Source of the DNA: an uncultured Angelakisella sp.
GTDB taxonomy: Bacteria; Bacillota; Clostridia; Oscillospirales; Ruminococcaceae
Direction: 5' to 3'
Length of the DNA stretch: 64,000 nt
Assembly: GCA_910585525.1 (NCBI GenBank)
Contig: CAJUFR010000006.1
Location: forward strand, 4,506 to 68,505
This document shows positions 1 to 8,927 of the stretch, in pieces; the first letter of the stretch is position 1, and each line of letters opens with the position of its first letter. The notes beneath the pieces were generated by a model, which was not told the origin of the DNA, ran no database searches, and saw nothing but the letters and a program-made list of their open reading frames with translations. The translations under genes and the position numbers were made by a program.

Positions 1-574
1 TGCCGGTGACCGCCACGTTGTCCCCCCGCTGGGTGGTCATCTGGCGCTTCTGCATCCGGCTGACCCCCTCCTGGGGGTAAAAGACCAGGATGCGGGTGCC
101 GGGGACGTCCATAAAGCCCTCCAGGGCGGCCTTGCCGGTATCCCCGGAGGTGGCCACCAGAATGACGATCTCCTCCCGGCAGCCGCTCTTTTTGGCCGCT
201 GCCGGCAGCAGCTTGGGCAGCAGCTGGAGGGCCATGTCCTTGAAGGCGCAGGTAGGGCCGTGCCACAGTTCCAGCAGGTACTTCCCCTCCTCCAGCCGGG
301 AAAGAGGGGCGGGGTCCCCTTCCTCGAACCGCTCCCCGTAGGCGGCCTCCACGGCGGCGGCAAGTTCCTCCGCCGTCCAATCGGTCAAAAACCGGGACAG
401 GACCCACACCGCCCGCTGGGTGTAGGTCATCCCGGACAGGGCCGCCAGGTCCTCCTCGGTGAGGGATGGCATCTCCACCGGGACGAACAGTCCCCCGTCG
501 GGGGCGATGCCCTGGACGATGGCCTCCTGGGCGGTGACCCTCAGGCTGCTGTCCCTTGTGCTGGTATAGTTCAT
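1..574 (-). CDS. thrC: threonine synthase, N-terminal part (gene runs off the left edge)
   Basis: Absent from the ORF track because there is no stop in the window. My translation of the minus strand from ATG 574-572 gives MNYTSTRDSSLRVTAQEAIVQGIAPDGGLFVP...LWHGPTCAFKDMALQ...ATSGDTGKAA, the ThrC PLP-lysine and SGDTG motifs. Confidence 0.85.
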   Translation of the reverse strand, partial: MNYTSTRDSSLRVTAQEAIVQGIAPDGGLFVPVEMPSLTEEDLAALSGMTYTQRAVWVLSRFLTDWTAEELAAAVEAAYGERFEEGDPAPLSRLEEGKYLLELWHGPTCAFKDMALQLLPKLLPAAAKKSGCREEIVILVATSGDTGKAALEGFMDVPGTRILVFYPQEGVSRMQKRQMTTQRGDNVAVTG

Positions 575-596
575 GGTGTATCCCTCTTTCCTGATT

Positions 597-1031
597 TCAC
601 AGATTCTTTTCCATTTGGTCGGTGGGGCCGTAGTTCACCTTCCAGTCCAAAAAAGACCCCAGGGTGCCGCAGGCGGTACACCGCTCCCCGATGTAGACCC
701 AGCGGACATCGCCGTCCTCCCGGCGCAGGAAGCCCGCCCGGACCTGGAAGGTCTTGCTCTCCTTGCAGACCCGGCACCTGCGCAGCCGGGGACGGGCGTT
801 CTCCCAGTATTCCTCCCCGTCCAGGAGGACCCTTTTGGCGCCGCAGGCGGCGCACTTCACCTGGATGACCCCTTCGTTGGCGTCACACCGGACCTCAAAG
901 GCGTCGCCGCCGCAGCCGTGGCAGACCACCGGCTTTACCTCCAGCCCCGGCTCCTCGGCGTAGAGCCGGAGGTACTGGCCGATATCCTCCGGGCTGTCCC
1001 CGGTCCAGTATTTTTTGGTCCTGTCGATCAC
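597..1031 (-). CDS. hypothetical Cys-rich (zinc-ribbon-like) protein
   Basis: Track ORF of 144 aa with CHGCGG, CAACG, CRVC and CTACG motifs. A 4-nt overlap with the upstream ORF suggests one operon. Confidence 0.6.
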   Translation of the reverse strand: MIDRTKKYWTGDSPEDIGQYLRLYAEEPGLEVKPVVCHGCGGDAFEVRCDANEGVIQVKCAACGAKRVLLDGEEYWENARPRLRRCRVCKESKTFQVRAGFLRREDGDVRWVYIGERCTACGTLGSFLDWKVNYGPTDQMEKNL

Positions 1032-1402
1032 GACAACTCCTCCTCACCCGGAAATTCGCCAAATGCTCTGTCTATAAAAGGGTTGCCGCCCCCCAGGGGT
1101 TTTGCGGTAAGGCGGAAGATGACGCAGCCGTCGGGGCAGACGATGGTCTTTGTGTACTTGCTTTCGCCGCCCACCCTGGTCAGGTCGCCGCCGCCCCGCA
1201 CCGTCTCCATCAGGGGAAAAAGGGTCAGCATCACCTTGGAGCAGATGCCGCAGCCCTCCCCGTTCACCGGACAGCCGTAGGTGCAGCGGTAGACGTCACC
1301 GATCTCCTCGCCGTTGCGGCAGTATCGCTCCGGGGTGTCCCCATGGAGGTAGCCGGTGACCTCCACCTGAAACTCGTATTCCTCATCCAGCCACTTTTTC
1401 AT
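1028..1402 (-). CDS. TIGR04076-family conserved hypothetical protein
   Basis: Track ORF 1028..1501 trimmed to ATG at 1402 (MKKWLDEEYEFQVEVTG...). The Cys-rich core YRCTYGCPVNGEGCGICS matches TIGR04076 as I remember it. The upstream extension is Gly/Pro junk. Confidence 0.6.
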   Translation of the reverse strand: MKKWLDEEYEFQVEVTGYLHGDTPERYCRNGEEIGDVYRCTYGCPVNGEGCGICSKVMLTLFPLMETVRGGGDLTRVGGESKYTKTIVCPDGCVIFRLTAKPLGGGNPFIDRAFGEFPGEEELS

Positions 1403-1758
1403 CTTCTGTCTCCTTTTTCCTCCCCGCCAAACTCCCGGACCACCTGGATGGCCCCCAAGATATGGCGGTTGAATTCCTCCAGTTCCTCCGCCGGGACCCA
1501 AAGTTCCCGGTGGCGGGCGGCTCCCACGGTGTGGACCGCAAAGTGCCCTGCGTACTCATCCTCCACCTCAAAGCGGGTGACATAGCCCTTGCCGTCCCCG
1601 GTCTTGGCGTTCCAGCGGGAGGCGATCTCCGCTGCGTATCCCTCCTCCAGCACCGGGTAAAAGATGGGCTGCTCCGGCAGCCGGGGTGGGTACTCCCGCC
1701 AGCCGCTCTCCTCGATGAGCCGCAGTTCCGCCGTACCCACCGGCCTGTATAATACCAT
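1399..1758 (-). CDS. conserved hypothetical protein
   Basis: Track ORF 1399..1767 starts at GTG, but ATG at 1758 is preceded by GAGGTGA. MVLYRPVGTAELRLIEESGW..PPRLPEQPIFYPVL belongs to a widespread uncharacterised family. Confidence 0.6.
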   Translation of the reverse strand: MVLYRPVGTAELRLIEESGWREYPPRLPEQPIFYPVLEEGYAAEIASRWNAKTGDGKGYVTRFEVEDEYAGHFAVHTVGAARHRELWVPAEELEEFNRHILGAIQVVREFGGEEKGDRR

Positions 1759-1768
1759 CTCTCTCACC

Positions 1769-2773
1769 TCACAGGGCGGTCTCTTGGTACCGCTTCCAGA
1801 AGTCCAGGGCGTTTTGGAAGCAGATCTTGTCGGTAAGCCGCTCCCCCAGCCCCGCCGACAGCATCAGTTCCCGGAGGACGGGAAGGCTGGTGGCGTCCTC
1901 CAGGAAAGCCGGCAGGGTGGTGCCGTCAAAGTCGGAGCCCAGGGCCACCGTGTCCTCCCCGTGGAGGTCTAGGAAGTGGAGGACATGGGCCATCAGCTGG
2001 CCGGGGGAGACCTCCCGGCAGCCCTCCTCCACCGGGGCCAGGAACATGGTGCAGAAGTTGATGCCAACGATGCCCCCGGCGTCCCGGATGGCCTTGAACT
2101 GGTCGTCGGTGAGGTTGCGGCTGTGGCCGCAGACCGCCCGGCTGTCGGAGTGGGTGGCGATAAAGGGCCGACGGGCCACCCGGGCCACGTCCCAGAAGCC
2201 GGGGTCGTTGAGGTGGGAGACATCCACCACCATCCCCAGCTGCTCCATCCGGGCCACCACCTCCCTGCCGAAGGGGGTGAGGGGCATCCCGGGGTCGTCG
2301 CTGCCGCTGCCGATCTCGTTGACGCCGTTCCAGGTGAGGGTCATCATCTGCACCCCGTCCTGCCACAGCCGGTCCAGGCTGTCCAGCCTGCCCCCCAGGG
2401 CGGCGCCCCCCTCCACCGCCAGGATGGCCCCCCGGAGGCCCCGGGCAAGGGTCTCCTCCAGTTCCGCCGGGCCCCTCACCTGGCGGATGATGCCGCTATG
2501 CAGTTCCATCTGCCGCCGGAATGCCCCGGCGCAGCGGTGGTAGTAGTTCAGCGCCGCCTGGCCCCGGTACTGGTCGGGGATGAAGAGGGCAAAGGTCTGG
2601 CACCAGTCCCAGTCCCCCGGCAGCCGGTGCAGGTCGATATGGAAGCCGTTGTCCACCAGGCTCACCTCCCCCGCCTGGTCGGGACCCAGGTCATAGCGGT
2701 CATCCGCCGGGACGCTGCCCCGCTCCCGGGTGATGGTGTCACAGTGCAGGTCCAGAAAACGCAGTTTTTCCAT
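1769..2773 (-). CDS. membrane dipeptidase, peptidase family M19
   Basis: Track ORF of 334 aa with the motifs DLHCDT, DVSHLNDPGFWDV, ATHSDSRA and GSDFDG. Confidence 0.85.
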   Translation of the reverse strand: MEKLRFLDLHCDTITRERGSVPADDRYDLGPDQAGEVSLVDNGFHIDLHRLPGDWDWCQTFALFIPDQYRGQAALNYYHRCAGAFRRQMELHSGIIRQVRGPAELEETLARGLRGAILAVEGGAALGGRLDSLDRLWQDGVQMMTLTWNGVNEIGSGSDDPGMPLTPFGREVVARMEQLGMVVDVSHLNDPGFWDVARVARRPFIATHSDSRAVCGHSRNLTDDQFKAIRDAGGIVGINFCTMFLAPVEEGCREVSPGQLMAHVLHFLDLHGEDTVALGSDFDGTTLPAFLEDATSLPVLRELMLSAGLGERLTDKICFQNALDFWKRYQETAL

Positions 2774-2788
2774 AATGACAATTCTCCC

Positions 2789-2896
2789 TTACAAAACGAT
2801 ATGGAACACCACCGGCACCAGCAGCACGGCCAGCGTCCCTGCCGCAAAAACGCCAACAACGGTCCAGAACTTCTTCCGCTCCTCCGGGTCCCGCAT
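2789..2896 (-). CDS. possible 35-aa single-TM small protein
   Basis: My own translation gives MRDPEERKKFWTVVGVFAAGTLAVLLVPVVFHIVL. An AAGGGTGGAG-like SD lies upstream, and the ORF fills the gap between yraN and the dipeptidase. It is not in the ORF track. Confidence 0.3.
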   Translation of the reverse strand: MRDPEERKKFWTVVGVFAAGTLAVLLVPVVFHIVL

Positions 2897-2911
2897 CTTC
2901 TCCACCCTTTC

Positions 2912-3295
2912 TTATGTACTGAATGCCGATTCGTAATAGTCAAAGCCGCTGACGAGTTCCCGGCCCCGGCATTCCTCCAGCGTCACCGCCGCCACGTCGA
3001 ACCGGGGCTGGAGGCCGCTCCCGGTGGCGGAGAGCCAGGCGGTAGCGGCCATCACCAGCTTCTTTTGCTTGCGCCGGTCCACCGCCTCCAGCGGGGAGAC
3101 CATTGCCCCGGGGCGGCGGGCTTTCACCTCCACGAAGGCCACCGTCTCCCCTGTCTGGGCGATGATATCCACCTCCCCCTGGCGGCAGCGCCAGTTCCGG
3201 GCCAGTATCCGGTACCCCTGGCGGCGGAGCCACCCGGCGGTGTAGTCCTCCCCCGCCCTGCCGGCCCGCTGGGCGGGGGTCTTTTCCCCGGTCAA
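2912..3295 (-). CDS. yraN: YraN-family (UPF0102) endonuclease-like protein
   Basis: Track ORF of 127 aa: GEDYTAGWLRRQGYRILARNWRCRQGEVDIIAQ..VAFVEVKARR. TTG start overlaps the rnhB stop. Confidence 0.8.
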   Translation of the reverse strand: MTGEKTPAQRAGRAGEDYTAGWLRRQGYRILARNWRCRQGEVDIIAQTGETVAFVEVKARRPGAMVSPLEAVDRRKQKKLVMAATAWLSATGSGLQPRFDVAAVTLEECRGRELVSGFDYYESAFST

Positions 3296-3933
3296 CCTTC
3301 CTCCGCCGTTTCCTTCCGCTTCTTCAGGAAGGAGCGGCGGTGGACCGGGGAGACGCCGTGCTTTTCCAGCAGTTCATAGTGCAGCTTGGTGGGGTAGCCC
3401 TTGTGCCGCTGGAACTGGTACTGGGGGTACTGGGCTGCCAGTTCCAGCATATACCGGTCCCGGCTCACCTTGGCCAGCACCGAGGCGGCGGCGATGGCGG
3501 CGGACTTGCCGTCCCCCTTCACCACCGTCTGGGTGGCCAGGGGCAGCCCCGGGTCCCGGTTGCCGTCCACCAGGGCCAGCGCCGGGAGCAGTTCCCCCGG
3601 CAGGCCCTGTTCCAGCATGGCGGCATAGGCCCGGTTCATGGCAAGGCAGGTGGCCCGGAGGATGTTCAGCCGGTCGATCTCGGCGGGGCTGGCCGTCCCG
3701 ATGCCGAACCAGGCCTTGCCGTTTTCCAGGATATCCCGGAAGATGGCCTCCCGGCGCTTTTCGGTGAGTTTCTTGGAATCGTTGAGCCAGGGGATCTCCG
3801 CCCCCGGCTTTAGGACGGCGCAGGCGGCGAACACCGGCCCCGCCAGGGGGCCCCGCCCCGCCTCGTCCACCCCGCAGAGGGGGACGCCAAAGGCCCGGTC
3901 GAACTCCCAGAGGGCGTCGTTCTGCTTCTCCAT
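3292..3933 (-). CDS. rnhB: ribonuclease HII
   Basis: Track ORF 3292..4005 trimmed to ATG at 3933 (MEKQNDALWEFDRAFG..CGVDEAGRGPLAGPV). DEAGRG and DSKKL motifs are present. Confidence 0.9.
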   Translation of the reverse strand: MEKQNDALWEFDRAFGVPLCGVDEAGRGPLAGPVFAACAVLKPGAEIPWLNDSKKLTEKRREAIFRDILENGKAWFGIGTASPAEIDRLNILRATCLAMNRAYAAMLEQGLPGELLPALALVDGNRDPGLPLATQTVVKGDGKSAAIAAASVLAKVSRDRYMLELAAQYPQYQFQRHKGYPTKLHYELLEKHGVSPVHRRSFLKKRKETAEEG

Positions 3934-3937
3934 GGCG

Positions 3938-4825
3938 CTACTCCCCCTTCCCCGCCGGGCAGGGCTCCAGGGTGATGCGGCCCCACAGGCCCCCCCGGAA
4001 CTCATCCACCACCGTGATGGCCGCCCGCTCGGTGTTCACCGCCCCGCCGGGCAGCAGCATCCCCCGCTTTTTGCCGATGGCCTCCAGCAGCTGGAAGGGG
4101 TCGGCCCCGGCCATCTCCGCCGGGGAAAGGTCCAGGTGGTACCGGGCGGCCAGCTTCTCCCCCTCCCGGGGGGCCAGCACCTCCAGCAGGCGCACCGCCA
4201 GGTGCTCGATATCCATCACCTCATCCTTCACCGAGCCCACAAAGGCCAGCCGCTCCCCCGCCAGGGGGTCGTCGAACTTGGGCCAGAGGACGCCGGGCAT
4301 ATCCAGCAGCTCCACCCCGCCGTTCAGGGTGACCCACTGCTTGCCCCGGGTGACGCCGGGGCGGTCCTCCACCTTGGCCCGTTTGTTCCCCGCCAGGCGG
4401 TTGATGAGGGAGGATTTGCCCACGTTGGGGATGCCCACCACCATGATGCGGATGGGCCGCCCCGCCATCCCCTTCTGCTCCCACCGGGCGATCTGGTCGG
4501 CCAGCACCTGGCGGACGGTGGGCAGGAACTGGCCCAGCCCCCGGCCGGTGCGGCAATCCGCCGGGATGGCGGGGATGCCCCGCTCCCGGTACCAGCCCAG
4601 CCACCGGCGGGTCTCCTGCTCGTCGGCGGAATCGCTTTTGTTCAGCATCAGCATCCGGGGCTTGCTGCCGATGATCCGGTCGATCTCCGGGTTGCGGCTG
4701 CTTTGGGGGATGCGGGCGTCGGTCAGTTCCACCACCAGGTCCACCAGCCGCAGGTTCTGCTGCATCAGGCGGCGGGTCTTGGCCATATGGCCGGGGAACC
4801 ACTGCACCGGGACGATCTCTGCCAT
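3938..4825 (-). CDS. rbgA: ribosome biogenesis GTPase YlqF/RbgA
   Basis: Track ORF trimmed to ATG at 4825 (MAEIVPVQWFPGHMAKTRR). It has a circularly permuted GTPase with NKSD then GIPNVGKSS, and conserved position next to rnhB. Confidence 0.9.
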   Translation of the reverse strand: MAEIVPVQWFPGHMAKTRRLMQQNLRLVDLVVELTDARIPQSSRNPEIDRIIGSKPRMLMLNKSDSADEQETRRWLGWYRERGIPAIPADCRTGRGLGQFLPTVRQVLADQIARWEQKGMAGRPIRIMVVGIPNVGKSSLINRLAGNKRAKVEDRPGVTRGKQWVTLNGGVELLDMPGVLWPKFDDPLAGERLAFVGSVKDEVMDIEHLAVRLLEVLAPREGEKLAARYHLDLSPAEMAGADPFQLLEAIGKKRGMLLPGGAVNTERAAITVVDEFRGGLWGRITLEPCPAGKGE

Positions 4826-4841
4826 AGGGTCTCCCTCCTTT

Positions 4842-5438
4842 TCATTCAATAGGCCCGAACCGCTCCAGGGGGGCGAAGCGGAAAAAGGCCCTGCCCTCGA
4901 TGTCCCCCCGGGGGACGCAGCCCAGGGTGCTGCTGCGGCTGTCCTGGGAATGGTTGCGATTGTCCCCCAGCACAAAAAAGCAGTCCGGCGGCACCGTCAC
5001 CGGGAACTGGACATCCCCCTCCAGGTGGGTGGTCTCGGTAAGATAAGGCTCCTCCAGCCGCTGGCCGTTGACGAACACCAGCCCGCCCTCAAAGTCGATC
5101 TGCACCGTGTCCCCGCCCTTGGCGATGACCCGCTTGATGAGGTGCTTGCCCTCCTTGTCCCTGGCCCGGATGGCCACCAGGTCGCCGCGCTCCGGCCCCT
5201 GGCCGCCGGCCATCCACACCAGGATGCAATCCCCGTCCAGGAGGGTGGGTTCCATGGAACTGCCCCGCACCAGGGAGGCCCGGACAAAAAACATCGAGCC
5301 CCCCGCCAGCAGCAGCGCCGCCAGCAGCACCAGCAGCAGGTCCCGCAGGGAGTTTCTGAGGGAATAGGACTGTTCCCGGGTCAGGGTGTCCGATCCCGGG
5401 TCCATCAGCGCCTCGATGTCCATATCCTCCGGCTCCAT
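4842..5438 (-). CDS. lepB: signal peptidase I
   Basis: Track ORF of 198 aa with an N-terminal TM segment and the motifs GSSMEPTL, KRVIA and GDNRNHSQDSR. Confidence 0.9.
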   Translation of the reverse strand: MEPEDMDIEALMDPGSDTLTREQSYSLRNSLRDLLLVLLAALLLAGGSMFFVRASLVRGSSMEPTLLDGDCILVWMAGGQGPERGDLVAIRARDKEGKHLIKRVIAKGGDTVQIDFEGGLVFVNGQRLEEPYLTETTHLEGDVQFPVTVPPDCFFVLGDNRNHSQDSRSSTLGCVPRGDIEGRAFFRFAPLERFGPIE

Positions 5439-5462
5439 GGGACCGCCTCCTTTTCGTTGCTC

Positions 5463-5957
5463 TTACAGTTCGTAGATCTCCATCGTCTCCATGCTGTTGA
5501 AGCTGCGCAGCGAGGTGTTCATCATCTCCTCCACATAGTCCCCGTCGGACATGGTGGCGAAGAAAAGGATATCCTCCCGGGCAAAGCCGTTTTCCTCAAA
5601 GACCTCATCCGGCAGGGCCTTGACGGCCCCCTCCAGCACCGACAGAAAGCCCTTGACGAACTCCCACTTTTCCGGGGAGGCGGTGCAGAGGTCGATGTCC
5701 TTGCAGGCGTCCACCACCTCCACCAGGGGCTGGTAGAGGAAATCGGTCTCCGGCTCCAGCTGCTGGTCCCAGTCGAAATACTCGTCGATGCAGCCGCTGG
5801 TATCCCAGGTGATGAAGCAGCCGTAAAGGTCATCGGTGGTGATAAAGCCGATCTCGCAGAAGTCGCTGCCCTTCTCTTTGCCCAGTATCTGGCTCACCGC
5901 CCCCGGCAGATGGGCGGCAAGGCCCTCCCGGAATTTTTCAAATCTTGTCAGGTCCAT
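5463..5957 (-). CDS. hypothetical protein, DUF4303-like (immunity-protein-like)
   Basis: Track ORF of 164 aa, acidic with no signal peptide. The GFITTDDLYGCFITWDT pattern resembles DUF4303 as I recall it. Confidence 0.55.
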   Translation of the reverse strand: MDLTRFEKFREGLAAHLPGAVSQILGKEKGSDFCEIGFITTDDLYGCFITWDTSGCIDEYFDWDQQLEPETDFLYQPLVEVVDACKDIDLCTASPEKWEFVKGFLSVLEGAVKALPDEVFEENGFAREDILFFATMSDGDYVEEMMNTSLRSFNSMETMEIYEL

Positions 5958-6001
5958 TTGGGGATGCTCCTTTCTAACTCTTTACGAATTGCTCCTAAGA
6001 C

Positions 6002-6028
6002 AAAAGGGGACAGCACCCTGTCCCCTTT
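6002..6028. terminator. bidirectional intrinsic terminator after rplS
   Basis: GGGGACAG-cacc-CTGTCCCC stem flanked by AAAA and TTT. Confidence 0.7.
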
Positions 6029-6048
6029 CCCTTGCTCTCTGTTCGGTT

Positions 6049-6393
6049 TTAGCGGATGGCTTCCTTGACCTTGGCGGCCTTGCCGACACGGTCACGGAGG
6101 TAGTAGAGTTTGCTGCGGCGCACCCGGCCCTTGCGGATAAGTTCCACCTTGTCCACGTTGGGGGAATGCACAGGGAAAACACGCTCCACCCCCACGCCGT
6201 GGGACATGCGGCGGACGGTAAAGGTCTCGTTGATGCCGCCGTGCTTCTTGGCGATCACGGTGCCCTCAAAAGCCTGGAGACGGGACTTCTCGCCCTCCTT
6301 GATGCGGACCTGGACACGCACGGTGTCGCCGACCTCCACCTTGGGGGCGTCTGCCTTGAGGCAGCCGTCGGAAATGAGTTTCAAAGCGTCCAT
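6049..6393 (-). CDS. rplS: 50S ribosomal protein L19
   Basis: Track ORF of 114 aa: [39 protein letters not shown]...RRSKLYYLR. Confidence 0.95.
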   Translation of the reverse strand: MDALKLISDGCLKADAPKVEVGDTVRVQVRIKEGEKSRLQAFEGTVIAKKHGGINETFTVRRMSHGVGVERVFPVHSPNVDKVELIRKGRVRRSKLYYLRDRVGKAAKVKEAIR

Positions 6394-6528
6394 AAGTTCC
6401 TCCTTAAAAATATCCGGTCATTCATGCCTGTTTTTGCGGCAGCGGACTGTCCGGTTTGACTGTTTGGCCCGGTATCCGGGCCATCATCAAAACCCGCGGG
6501 GATGCCCCGGCGGTTCTCATGCCCCGAT

Positions 6529-6557
6529 ATTATACCACGGGGAGAGTGGGAATGCAA
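6529..6557 (-). promoter_or_regulatory. sigma-A type promoter of rplS
   Basis: Minus strand reads TTGCAT-17 nt-TATAAT with TG at the extended -10 position. It is followed by a roughly 130-nt leader containing the hairpin GGCCCGG-tat-CCGGGCC. Confidence 0.6.
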
Positions 6558-6597
6558 GGAAAATTTTTATGAAAAGTGGCTTTTTGAGCCTTTTTTT

Positions 6598-7386
6598 CTA
6601 TCCCTTCTTGTTCCTGCTCCGGTTCTCCCCCTCGAATTCGCACTCCTCCCACCGGAGGTGGTAGTGCTCATTGTTGTAGTCACAGTCCTCCAGGTCGCCG
6701 GCCAGCCGGGGGAAGACGGTACAGGCCCTGCCGGCGGAGAGGTGCAGCTTGACCGGGCGGGAAAAGACCGCCCCTCGGGCCTCGTGGAAGATCATCTGGT
6801 CGATCACCGCCATGGCCCGTTCCAGTTCCTTCTTGGGTACGCCTTCCATCCCGATGTCCGGCCTGCCGAACTTGCGCATCCCCCGGGTGTGGAGCCAGAA
6901 GGTGCCCTCCGGCTCGGGGGAGACCATGGCGTAGACATGGCAGTAGGGGTGATGGCTGCCGGAAAACACCTGCTCCTGCCACACCTCCGGGGAGTAGAGT
7001 TCCAGGGCCTGGAGGTCCAGCACCGCCACCGCCCCGGTCTCCACCGCCGCCTGGACAAAGCCGATGGCGTTGGAAAGGTAGTCCAGGGTATCGTCCTTCT
7101 GAACCTCACCCTGGAGCAGCATCCAGCTTTGGGCCTCTTTGGCCCTTTGGTAGAGGGCGGGGTCCCGCTCCTCCAGCAGTTTGCCCAGCGACCCGCCCAG
7201 CAGTTCGTCCATCCGGTCGCTGTTCTCCGGCCGCCGGAGGCCGTATATCCCCAGCCCCTCCGGCATCTCCTGGACGTGGTGCCGGGAGCGGGAGACACGC
7301 AGTTCCTCCCCCCTGGCCCCAATGATGGCGTAGTGCAGGGCGGGCCTGCGGCCGGTGTCCTGATAGTACGGGCGTTCCAGTTCCAT
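6598..7386 (-). CDS. hypothetical protein
   Basis: Track ORF 6598..7623 trimmed to ATG at 7386 (MELERPYYQDTG...). The upstream extension overlaps the neighbouring gene and is Pro/Gly/Arg junk. Confidence 0.6.
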   Translation of the reverse strand: MELERPYYQDTGRRPALHYAIIGARGEELRVSRSRHHVQEMPEGLGIYGLRRPENSDRMDELLGGSLGKLLEERDPALYQRAKEAQSWMLLQGEVQKDDTLDYLSNAIGFVQAAVETGAVAVLDLQALELYSPEVWQEQVFSGSHHPYCHVYAMVSPEPEGTFWLHTRGMRKFGRPDIGMEGVPKKELERAMAVIDQMIFHEARGAVFSRPVKLHLSAGRACTVFPRLAGDLEDCDYNNEHYHLRWEECEFEGENRSRNKKG

Positions 7387-7403
7387 CTTGCGCTCCACCT
7401 TTC

Positions 7404-8243
7404 TCACGCCACCGGGAAGTGGGTCTTTTCCTCCGGCTGGAGGTCGATCGTTTCCAGCATATTGTACAGCAGCAGCACCGTGTTGTCGTTTTTGCCGTCC
7501 AGGCCGGTGTTCTTGCCCTGGAGGATGCGCAGCAGGTAGGGCATGGGGGCGTTGCAGAAGTTCTTCCCGGGGGAAATGACCCCGAAGATGACCTTCTCCG
7601 GGCTGTCCCCGAAGGCGCCCCACTCCCAGTCACGGCCGATGCAGAGGGCCTGGCCGAACAGCACCCCCAGCGATACCGCCGCGTCCGCCAGGTCCTTGCA
7701 GCCCTCCGGCAGTTCCCCTGTTTCCAGGATGTGATCGGCCCGCTCCCGGACCTCCCGGGCGATGACCTCGCCGTTGGCAGGGTCGCTGATGCCGAACACC
7801 TCCACCGCCGACTGGAAGGTGCGCTGGATCTCCTCCCCGATCTTGTCCGGCAGGGGAGCCACATGGGGGTAGTAGCTGGGGCGCTTGCCCCAGACCTCGA
7901 TGAGCCCCACCAGTTCCTCTCCGGTGAGGGCCCGGACCAGCACCGAGGTCTTGTCCTGGTCCAGGATGTAGGGGGCCAGCTTCTCCAGGGCGCTGGCGTA
8001 GTCGGCGTGGCCGACGCCGAAGCACTTCCCCTTCCGGGTGCGCTTCATCAGCACCAGCTTCCACTCCTCCGACGGCTGGCCGTCGATGGTGTACTCCTTC
8101 TGTGGCTCCTTGGGCAGGATGGTCTCCTCCCCCTCCGCCAGGGAGAGGAGGCTCAGCTTCTCCCCCAGGTTGGGCTGGCTGCGGACCGCCTTGCTCCAGT
8201 CCGCCTTCTCCTTCTTGCCAAACAGCCGGTCAAACAGTCCCAT
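7404..8243 (-). CDS. hypothetical protein
   Basis: Track ORF of 279 aa (MGLFDRLFGKKEKADWSK...) with normal composition and no motif I recognise. Confidence 0.6.
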   Translation of the reverse strand: MGLFDRLFGKKEKADWSKAVRSQPNLGEKLSLLSLAEGEETILPKEPQKEYTIDGQPSEEWKLVLMKRTRKGKCFGVGHADYASALEKLAPYILDQDKTSVLVRALTGEELVGLIEVWGKRPSYYPHVAPLPDKIGEEIQRTFQSAVEVFGISDPANGEVIAREVRERADHILETGELPEGCKDLADAAVSLGVLFGQALCIGRDWEWGAFGDSPEKVIFGVISPGKNFCNAPMPYLLRILQGKNTGLDGKNDNTVLLLYNMLETIDLQPEEKTHFPVA

Positions 8244-8267
8244 GACTTGTCCTTCCTCCTTTTATCC

Positions 8268-8927
8268 CTATGCAAAGGGCTCCCGCTCCGCCGTGAGGAT
8301 GGCGGTGCGCAGCACCCGGACATACTCCGCTTCCCCGCCCCGCTGCCGCCAAAGGGCCTCCAGCAGCAGGTTGGGGTTCAGGTTCATGGCCGCCCCCCCG
8401 GGCAGCCGCAGTTCCAGGGTCAGACAGTCCCCCTCCCCCTGGCGGGAGCGTTCGGCGATCATCGGCCGCAGGTCCAGCTGCTGGACCCGGTGCTTGGTTT
8501 TCTTCTCCACCGGGATGGCGGGCTGGGCCAACAGGTCCTCCCAGTCCCGCTCCAGGGCGGCGGCGCCGGCGGGGTCGAATATCTGGACGCGGTAGTCCGC
8601 CCAGGCGATGGCCTCCGGCTTGTTCACCGCCGGGGCTGCCTCTAGCACCCGGATGTCCGGGGGGAGGGCGGCGTTCAGCTGCTCCTTCACCTGCTCCAGG
8701 GGAAAGTCGTCCTCCTGGAGTTTGAAGTCGAAGGATTCCCGGGCCCCCTCAAACCCCAGGGGGATGGGGAGGGCGAAGGTCATATAGATGTGGGGGTTGA
8801 ACCCCTCGGTGAACCAGACGGGGATGGCGGTGCGGGCAAAGGCCCGGGTCATGCACCGGGTCAGGTCCAGGTGGGAGATGTACTTGGCCCGGTCCCTTTT
8901 CTCAAAGAACACCCGTATCAGCTTCAA
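8268..8927 (-). CDS. TIGR03936-family radical-SAM-associated protein (DUF2344)
   Basis: Track ORF 8268..9239 trimmed to TTG at 8927, preceded by GGGAGG (MKLIRVFFEKRDRAKYISHLDL..). It follows its usual radical-SAM partner. Confidence 0.75.
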   Translation of the reverse strand: MKLIRVFFEKRDRAKYISHLDLTRCMTRAFARTAIPVWFTEGFNPHIYMTFALPIPLGFEGARESFDFKLQEDDFPLEQVKEQLNAALPPDIRVLEAAPAVNKPEAIAWADYRVQIFDPAGAAALERDWEDLLAQPAIPVEKKTKHRVQQLDLRPMIAERSRQGEGDCLTLELRLPGGAAMNLNPNLLLEALWRQRGGEAEYVRVLRTAILTAEREPFA

